Assembly: GCA_964016885.1 (NCBI GenBank)
Contig: OZ024741.1
Span: 379,068,001-379,132,000 of the forward strand
Reading direction: 5' to 3'
Origin: Eledone cirrhosa
Lineage: Eukaryota
DNA: 64,000 bases
The notes beneath the pieces are model-generated. The model saw only the letters and a program-made list of their open reading frames with translations. It had not been told where the DNA came from and ran no database searches. Positions 55,262-64,000 of the stretch are shown here, one piece after another; positions within the stretch are counted from its first letter, which is position 1; each line of letters opens with the position of its first letter. The position numbers and the translations under genes are program-made.

Positions 55262-57060
55262 ATTTCGTTTCTGAATTTGTTTAGCAAAATTCTTTATTTA
55301 AAAACGTGTGTTGAAACCGATATTGTTATGCTTTGGGAGGGTTAGGTTGCCAATAAGAAACTCACGCACCTGTTGCTTTCACTCTAATTTATTATAAATT
55401 TATGAATTTATAAATTTCCGGTTGGTTGGTTGGTTCCATAACCGGACGATTTTTCATATATTGGCAAAGTTATTTCGTCACACATTATCTGACCTCTTCA
55501 GTGACTGGGGATTCTTCTCTTTGTTTTTGTGCCTCTTCTTTGTTCTGTCCTACGCCATATTGTTTTTGTGTGTGTTGTGTGCTTAGTTTGCGCATGTGTT
55601 ACATGCGGGTGTCAGTGTGTGCTTTTATTTGTTTAATTATTTGTTTATTTACATGCTCCTGTGTGTGTGTGTGTTTTCATTTTGTCCTTAATTGTACGTT
55701 GTGATGTTGCTATTCCATTCATGTTTTCTATTTAATTTTGGTTGGAGTTCATTTATGTGTATTGCCTCTGTGATTTGTCTAAATATTTCGTCATTTCTGT
55801 GTGTAGATTCTATTTTTATTTCTATGTTCTCTAATGTGCCCTTATGTTCTATTTTATCATGTCGGTGGAGTATTGATGATTCTTTTTTTATCTTGAAGAT
55901 CTCGCCAGTGTCAATTTAACCCTTCTCCTATACTACGAGCTGTCTCACCTATGTACACTATATCCTTATTTTTACATTGTCCTTCAGTACATCTTATGCT
56001 ATGTACTACATTTCTAGTTTTACAGTTAATATGGGGGCCTAGTTTACAGATTATGCATTTCTCATCTATACAGCGAGGTCTTTGAAAAGGGTATGTATTG
56101 CTAATAAGTGTTTTTATAGAGGTATCTGGTTTTCTACTATATGAATATTAAGTTTATTTTTATCTAGGCCCCGTCTAAATGTGTAAGCTATTTCACCTCT
56201 GGGGGTTGTATTGAGGAACATTACACTCTGGTATTTATTGCTATCATACCATGAGTTTATTCTATTAACCTCATTCCTAGTTCTTTCTATTATATTCCAA
56301 AATGTGCTCCTATACAAGGGGCAGGTCCCATTTGTATCATTATTTACCATTTTTTCCCATTTGGTTCTGGCTGCTCTATACACTCTGATTTTATATCTCT
56401 GATTGTAACCAGAGAACTGCATACGGTGGATGAAATGTTGTATGTGTCTCTCTAGTTCTTCCGGGTTGCGCATGCGGGACACGTTTCCCATCACCCGTAC
56501 CAAATCCGCAATCAGTATGTTGATTTTGGTATGGTCCGAAACAGCTGAGTTTCGGTGGATCAGATATTTGGAAGTCATGGGTTTACATAATGGGAATGGA
56601 GGATTTGTCTTTTGTTATTAATGGTTTCTAACCAGAGCTCTGTGTCTAGTACAGGTAGTCGATGGTCGGGGTGTTTGCTTGGGTAGTCTATAGTAACTCT
56701 AATACTCTTGTGGCTAGAGTTAGCTATTTGCTGGATCCTTTCCATGGTGTTTTTCTCTAATTCCTGACTGTTCTCTAGTGGGGGTGTTTTTACTACGATG
56801 TTTATATCATCAACGTAGCGGGTTTACATTATCAGGGTTAAGAGGTTGCTGTCTTCTAATTGTTCATTAAGTTTAAGTTTAAGTTTATTGTCCCACCATA
56901 CCATGAATAGTTTAGCTATGTCACGTGCAATGCTAACACCAATGGCTGCTCCCTCCTCTTGGGCATATGTTTGTCCATTAAATTTGAACATATATTCCTT
57001 AAGGGTTAATTTTATACTGGCCACCACCGCATGTGCAATCATTTTCTTTAGTTCATCGAT
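55262..57060 (-). mobile_element. 5'-truncated decayed PLE (RT, GIY-YIG, 3'UTR with HHR)
   Basis: Motifs YAQEEGAAIG, RYVDD, DYPSKH...LPVLD, RMQFSGY and VYIGETARS. The HHR reverse complement CTGAAGA-ggtca..tgac-GAAA lies at 55473-55501. Confidence 0.88.
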
Positions 57061-57227
57061 GTAATTTTAGTTATTACTTGTATTAGGTTACGCTTATGTT
57101 TTTCTTGATGACTTAATTCTCTGTAAATCATCTTTTTTATGTTAAGAATTATTGTTCGGACCCCCGAAAACCACGATGAACTAAAGAAAATGATTGCACA
57201 TGCGGTGGGGTCAGTATAAAATTAATT

Positions 57228-57289
<62 letters not shown>

Positions 57290-57451
57290 TTGTACGGTCG
57301 TGCATGTGTGGTCATTATTGACGTCCGTAAATAATTGTCGCGATTAAAAGATGTCGATGCCAATCATGAAAATATTATTCACTGTGTTTGAGATGATCAA
57401 ATACACCCCATCAATGCAGTCCTCTCTCTCTCTCTCCCCCTCTCTCTCTCT

Positions 57452-57564
<113 letters not shown>

Positions 57565-57571
57565 GAGAGAG

Positions 57572-57613
<42 letters not shown>

Positions 57614-57614
57614 T

Positions 57615-57649
<35 letters not shown>

Positions 57650-57663
57650 ATATGTATATATAT

Positions 57664-58692
57664 AAATCAGGAAAGAAGGTTTACATGGTTTGCTATACAA
57701 AAAAGTTTTTAATCACATAGCTTACATTTGTTTCACTGAACTGGCATGTCTAGAGATCGCTATCCGCTTAATTTTGCGTTACTCGATCGCCAATACAGAA
57801 TAATAACCAGTCAGATCTTCGGAGCATGCGAGAATGAAGAAAATACACAGGCAAGAAAAGAAAAGAAAATACAGGCTACTATATGGAGTAGTAATGGCAT
57901 TCAATTAGAACAATAACAACAATTACAACAATGCTATCAATAAATTATTTAAGGAGACCCTGACATTACTTAGGTGGGGGGTATATAATGTATCTAATGT
58001 TACGGCGTGAAAACTAGCTGTCATAAGGCAAAATGAAGCGTTGACATGTACAGAGTATCGTAGTTTATATCAATTTTAAATTATAAATTATAAATTTAAA
58101 ATTAATTTAAAATTGATATAAACTACGATACTCTGTACATGTCAACGCTTCATTTTGCCTTATGACAGCTAGTTTTCACGCCGTAACATTAGATACATTA
58201 TATACCCCCCACCTAAGTAATGTCAGGGTCTCCTTAAATAATTTATTGATAGCATTGTTGTAATTGTTGTTATTGTTCTAATTGAATGCCATTACTACTC
58301 CATATAGTAGCCTGTATTTTCTTTTCTTTTCTTGCCTGTGTATTTTCTTCATTCTCGCATGCTCCGAAGATCTGACTGGTTATAATTGTGTATTGGCGAT
58401 CGAGTAACGCAAAATTAAGCGGATAGCGATCTCTAGACATACCAGTTCAGTGAAACAAATGTAAGCTATGTGATTAAAAACTTTTTTGTATAGCAAACCA
58501 TGTAAACCTTCTTTCCTGATTTATTATTACTCCAAGTGTTTACAACATAGGAATTACAGCATACCCGCAGCATCACTATGAAAACGCCTTGTTGAGTCAA
58601 ACCAAGCCAAGCGTTAATATCATTCACTACCTGGAATACCATAACTGGACTTCACCTAAGTGGCATGCATTTAACTATTATTTGTTAATCCG
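57664..58692. mobile_element. Solo inverted PLE terminus, about 420-bp arms plus about 170-nt tail
   Basis: 57664-58083 is the near-perfect reverse complement of 58103-58523. Each arm has an HHR motif; TA flanks. Confidence 0.85.
58358..58470 (+). ncRNA. Hammerhead motif with 81-nt helix II and CCGAAGA core (mirror at about 57716-57828)
   Basis: catgct-CCGAAGA (58364)-tctgactggt...accagttcagt-GAAA (58452)-caaatGTA-agctatg. Confidence 0.68.
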
Positions 58693-58694
58693 TA

Positions 58695-58737
<43 letters not shown>

Positions 58738-58971
58738 TACTCTCTCTCTCTCTCTCTTACTCTCTCTCTCTCTCTTACTCTCTCTATCTCTCCCTTACTC
58801 TCTCTCTCCCTCTCTATATCTCTCTCTTTCTCTCTTTCTTTCTATACTTATATAAATCCGAATAAGAATATCATTAATAAAGATACCAAATAAAACAAGG
58901 TAAAAACAACTAAGACCAATATAACCTAGTCTTTAAAAAAAGCGGAAATACCATCCAACAGACACCAATAA

Positions 58972-59060
58972 ATGTATCTACTTTTGGCACAAGGCCAGCA
59001 AAATACCCCAGTTAATTACTGGTACTTTATATTATCGACCCCGTAAAGATGAAAGGCAAA
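58972..59060 (-). mobile_element. 3' fragment of the Nin-like SINE
   Basis: Matches 17598-17684. Confidence 0.8.
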
Positions 59061-59621
59061 AGACACCAATAATGAAATATATAAATGTTTGAAAGGGAAT
59101 ATATAAATGTTTGAAAGACAAATATGATTTCTAGTCTAGAAAAGCTAGCCTGCAGGACATGGGTGATATATGGAGCAGACAACTCAATGATGAAAACTAC
59201 CACCACACAAAAAGAATCAAGAGTTATTAATACAGGAAAACAATATTGAAGTAATCGCTGACACCTACACATTTTCAACGTTATTTGCAGAATAGTTCTT
59301 AGGCAGAATTTCGTTTACAGATATAAACCAAATAAGGTCATACCGTCAAATAACTCTTGATATTTTTAGAGGATGTGGCGGCAGCTTCATCATTGGGTTA
59401 TGTCATCTCCATATTTCGCCCATGGACTCCAAGTGAGCTATGTTGAACTAGAAGTAATTTTTCGCTTCTTTTATATTTCTTTTAAATGTGTACTTGAAAC
59501 GTGACAGATGTTCAATATATACGGTAAAATAAATACCTTCTGTGTTTAACGAAAAGTATTCTCGAATGCACTCCCTCTTACTAAAGATTGTATATATTAA
59601 TATATACTGTCATCCCGCACG

Positions 59622-62454
59622 CCGACGGCCTACGTGCCCTCCGGCACTACCTCGACCTTCACCCTTCCCGATCCACTCCACCCAACCCTCCTTCGCCTCG
59701 CTGAGCTGGTCCTCACCCTCAACTGCTTCTCCTTCTCGGGTGAGTTTTACGAACAGGTAACGGCGGTAGCTAAGGGCACAATAATTGGCCCAAACTATGC
59801 CAACCTTTTCGTTGGCCACGTTGAGGCCCAAATCATTGCCCAGTACACCGGCCCCACGCCCGAACTGTACGGTCGTTACATCAAAGACTGCATCGGAGCC
59901 ACGACCCTCAACCGAGAATAGCTGGCTCCTTTCTCTCCTTCATATGCTCCTTTCACCCCTACCTCCACTTCACCATCTATATCTCCACCACCCACGTCCC
60001 CTTCTTAGACGTCTCCATCGCCATCGACCCCTCCAACCGCTCCCTCGTCATCTCCGCATTCTTCAAACCCACCGACTCCCACTCCTACCTCGACTTCACC
60101 TCCTCCGACCCAACACACACTAAACACTCTATTCCCTACACACAAATCCTCCGGATCCGCCGCTTCTGCAGCCGAAATGCTAACTTTGAGTCCCAATCAC
60201 TTTCCCTAGTCAGCCATTTCATCCAGCGAGGTTACACCAAAGTCCACATCGCCCTCACTCACGCTCGTGCTGTCCACCGCACCACCGCCCTCACCCCACG
60301 CCACCGCAAACCCAACCACCGTCTCCCCCTCCACATCACCTACCACCCCTCCACCCTACCCCTCCACCGCACCATCTTCTTTCGAAGCCTCCAGTCCGAC
60401 CCCTCCACTTCCCCCATATTCCCATCCCCCACCATCCCCTCCTTCAAACGCGCACGCAATCTCCGCACCCTCCTTGCTCACAGCTCCCTAACCCCCAATC
60501 CACGCTCCCCCCCGGTTCACTTCCCTGCTCTAGGCCTGGTTGCGACACCTGCCCCCACATTAACAACATCACCACCTTCCAAGGTCCCAACGGCCACCCC
60601 CTCTCTGTCCGGCACGCCTTCCGCTACACCACCACCAACTTAGACTATGGACTTCTCTGCACGGAGTGCAGCGCAATCTACGACGGACAGATCGGACGTC
60701 GCCTGGCAGACCGTTTCACGGAACACCTTCGGGATATTCGCCTCGGCGGGAGTTCCCCGATCGCCCGCCACGTTCGATCCACTGGACATTCCGCCCAACA
60801 CCTCACAGTCTGTGGCCTAGTCCAATGCCATGGAACAACTGCCACCCGCCTCACGGTCGAACAACGCATCATCTTCACCCTCCAGACCCACACACCTCCC
60901 GGCATGCACTCCCCACCCCTATTCCTTTAGCCTTCAACCGAACACCCAACCCCCCAAACATACCCCACTAACCCCTCTGACACACTTCCCCTTTTCACCG
61001 CCCCATTCCCTTGGCCCATCCCACAAATAACAATGCTAACCCCAACCCACTCCTCGGCCTTCCCTCAACTAACAATACTCTTATCCCCACCCTCCCCCGT
61101 ACACGCACACACACACCTGAATATATATACACGCACACACACTATCCACACACCCTACTACCATCACTAACCCTCACCCACATTTCCACTCTGACCACCC
61201 CACAACTAACATCACTAACCTCCCCCCGACCGCACGAACACACACCATCACGCACGCACACACCCACACCTATGTACACCACCCACTCTACACACCCAAC
61301 CACCATTAACTCCCACTTACACACCCGCTTTCCACCCTTTCCCGACTACTAACACCCCTTTTACCACACACACACTCATCCAAACACGCACACACACACC
61401 AGTACACTACACTCGCTCCTCCGTCCCCAACACATCTTCTCTCCCCCTCTCTTTCTCCCTCTCCCCGCTCCACCCACACCCCTTCAAACACACACATCCC
61501 ACTAACACCTCTACTAATATACACCCAATCACCCCACTTCACCACCTTCACCCTCCAGCCTTCACACCTACCCATCCTCTCTCCTCAACACCGCACTTCC
61601 GCACACACAGTCCTCACCACACTGACCTTACTCCAGCTGTCATCCTGCTCTACTGCTATCTCTTCACCCTGCCTCGACCCTCTGACAACTTGATTTTGCG
61701 CTTGCAACCCACTTCCCTCCACCACAGACCACCACCAACGTTGGTGGTGGTCGGAGGTGGAGGGAAGTAGGGTGAACTCCATAACATGAACAATATCCAG
61801 CACCTCTTCGCACACTCAATGGAACTACCTCAGGAACTTACCCACGAACATACACTCGCATTTCTTTTCGCACAACGCCACCCACATCCACACCACGTAT
61901 AAACACAAACACACACGTGCGTACCCCCACATATACACACTCAACCTCCGGAATCCACTAGTCCCCTCCCCCACCCCCGGATCCCTCTCCTTCCACACGC
62001 ACGCACACATCGACTTACACACCAGCCCACGCACACACCTTTTCCTGAACGTGGAACATTGTTCTTCCTCCAACTCTCACATAGACACGCACACACACTC
62101 ACGTACACCTACACACATACACAAACAGCACCTTCAGCCTTCCCCGCTTCTACCCCCATCCTCCCTCTCCCAACCCCACCCACCACCACCCTTACACGCC
62201 TCACACCCTTCCACCACTTGTCTATCTTATTGTTTATTCTTGTTTATTTTCACGTTTATTTTTAATTTTATTTGTTCTCCTTCCCCCTTTTTTCTAAATT
62301 TATTCTCACACACCCTCGGAACTCTCTACCTAACCTATTTACTCCTGAAAAAGGGCTTCTGCCCTAAACGTCTCCGCCCCCACACACTTTCAAGAACGTG
62401 AACCTAATAAACCTTTATTTGTCTGCCTCTCTGTATTGTTCCCGTGTAAATGTG

Positions 62455-62458
<4 letters not shown>
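59622..62458 (+). mobile_element. 5'-truncated Neptune-like PLE (RT end, Zn knuckle, GIY-YIG, 1.5-kb CA-rich 3'UTR, decayed HHR)
   Basis: Motifs PHADGLRAL, GPNYANLF, PFLDV, CSRPGCDTC and CTECSAIY.G...RRLADRFTEH; stop at 60930. Decayed HHR ctgaaaa-agggc/gccc-taaacgtc at 62345-62372; aataaa at 62406. Confidence 0.9.
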
Positions 62459-62506
<48 letters not shown>

Positions 62507-62510
<4 letters not shown>

Positions 62511-62600
62511 CAATTATAGACGGGAACAAAACAGAGAGGCAGACAAATAATGGTTTATTAGGTTCACGCTCTTGAGAGTGTGTGGGGGAGGGGACGTTTA
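62507..62600 (-). mobile_element. Short tail-to-tail copy of the same Neptune-like 3' end
   Basis: Diverged reverse complement of 62365-62458 across a TA tract. Confidence 0.8.
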
Positions 62601-62875
62601 TAGAGGGGCCGGTCGTTGAAGAAGCAACCTCACGCGTTCACCACTATCACCTATATCGGATGAAAGAAAATCTTGTTCGGGAAAATGATTGCATTATTCC
62701 AGATTTAAAGTTTTTTTAGGAACTTTCAATGTTTATTTTACGTTTTGATGTGGGAAGAGCTCAGGAGTTAAGAACAAAGTAAATAAATACAATACAGAAG
62801 TAATAGAAATAAAATATTTATTTACTTTGTTCTTAACTCCGTAGCGGAGTTTCATTCGGTCTCCTAGTTAGAATT

Positions 62876-63325
62876 TAGTCTACGACTCCTGCTATACCAT
62901 TTACGTGGTTTGTCTTTGCGTGCTATTGTTCTCCACGGTCGACTTATGACGTATTATCTTCGTTTTTTTCGTTCATCGCCAGAGAACGTCTCTATGCACC
63001 ACCTAAGAGAACATTAGTCTACGACCTCTTTTATACCATAAACGTGGTTCTGTCTTTGCGCGTAATTGTTTTTCACCGCTCCTATTAATGTCGTATTATA
63101 TTCGTTTTTTGGCCGTGGATTGGCAGTATCGGTAGAGGGTCGGACGCCATGCTTTCCAGCATAGTTACGTGCCTTTACGATCTGAGTTCAAATCCCGCCG
63201 AGGTTGACTTTGCCTTTCATCCTTACGGGGTCGATAAAATAAAGTACCAGTAATGAACTGGTGATTGCTGGCTTTGTGCCTAAAGTAGAAACAATTATAT
63301 TCGTTTTTTTACCGTTCTTAGCCAG
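62876..63325 (+). repeat. About 140-bp diverged tandem duplication; the second unit is interrupted by a SINE
   Basis: ttagtctacgac...gtctttgcg...cgtattat.ttcgtttttt...gccag.gaacgt occurs at about 62876 and about 63014. Confidence 0.7.
63111..63293 (+). mobile_element. Full-length tRNA-derived Nin-like SINE with a 16-bp TSD
   Basis: A and B boxes present; TSD attatattcgtttttt at 63095-63110 and 63294-63309. Confidence 0.92.
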
Positions 63326-63380
63326 CGAACGTTACCACGAACCAAAGTATCATCTTCCTGTCTTCCTCGGGTTGCAACGT

Positions 63381-63495
63381 TTTTTTAAATATCCAGTTCT
63401 GCGTTTACAGATTGACTTTGTTAGTTTTAGAAGATCCCGTTAAGGGTGAAAGCAGCGATTCTTTGCTTAAACTTTAATCTGTTATTTTAATAAAT
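63381..63495 (+). mobile_element. PLE-like 3' terminus with hammerhead-like motif
   Basis: Homologous to 3861-3974; ends with aataaa and then TA. Confidence 0.65.
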
Positions 63496-63779
63496 ATATA
63501 TATATATATATACAATATATAGTAAGAAACACAGTTAATCGTGTGTCTAAAATTACAAGGGTTGAAAAACCACATATGCTTGAAATATTTAACCAAGAAA
63601 CAGACAGAATGACAAAATAAAAATAAAAATATATTATCATAATAATACAAACCGCCTCAATAACCATTATATCTCTCGGACAGATTATCCCTAATACTGT
63701 GTTTCTTACTATATATTGTTAATCGGCTCAGTATTTATTTGTACTTTATACTTAGAGCTTAATGGTTACAGGGTTCTAA

Positions 63780-63830
<51 letters not shown>

Positions 63831-63832
<2 letters not shown>

Positions 63833-63973
63833 TTTCTGAATTTGTTTAGCAAGATTCTTTATCATAATCGTATGTTGAAACCGATATTGTTATACTTTGG
63901 GAGGCTTATGTTGCCAATAAGAAACACACGCGTGTTTCTTATTGGCAACATGACCCTCCCAAAGTATAACAAT
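63831..63973. mobile_element. Small solo inverted terminus of the 55262-57060 PLE family
   Basis: 63831-63925 matches 55265-55362. It folds back at about 63929, and the right arm ends ccctcccaaagtataacaat|ATA. Confidence 0.85.
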
Positions 63974-64000
63974 ATATATATATATATATGAAAATGTTTG

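Noticed and set aside
62764-62840. 26-bp-arm inverted repeat
   Set aside because: Real, but it has no ribozyme core or other assignable feature; likely another small inversion junction.
63111-63200. tRNA gene
   Set aside because: The A and B boxes belong to a multi-copy SINE head with a TSD; no complete cloverleaf.

Overview
This is eukaryotic, very AT-rich intergenic or intronic DNA. It is probably cephalopod (octopus-like), inferred from the tRNA-derived SINE families and the very long (TA)n arrays. I found no host gene, tRNA or rRNA; the many YIYI/CVCV ORFs are microsatellite artefacts. The window is a dense cluster of Penelope-like retroelements (PLEs) from at least 8 families, nearly all inserted in (TA)n. 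It also holds a decayed full-length L1/Tx1 LINE, R4/Dong and CR1 fragments, SINEs, a long-TIR MITE-like element and a 200-N assembly gap. The centrepiece is a young 10.4-kb PLE insertion (5531-15960) with an intact RT + GIY-YIG ORF and near-identical 4-kb inverted arms. Main observations: (1) three unrelated PLE termini carry type-I hammerhead ribozyme (HHR) motifs whose helix II is expanded to an 81-116-nt hairpin; (2) the full-length copy starts within 1 nt of the predicted ribozyme cleavage site; (3) at least six inverted PLE insertions pair one short 3' end with one longer tailed 3' end; (4) two inversion junctions show reiterated short-repeat synthesis. All RNA folds were paired by eye and clade names come from remembered motifs; nothing was computed or searched.
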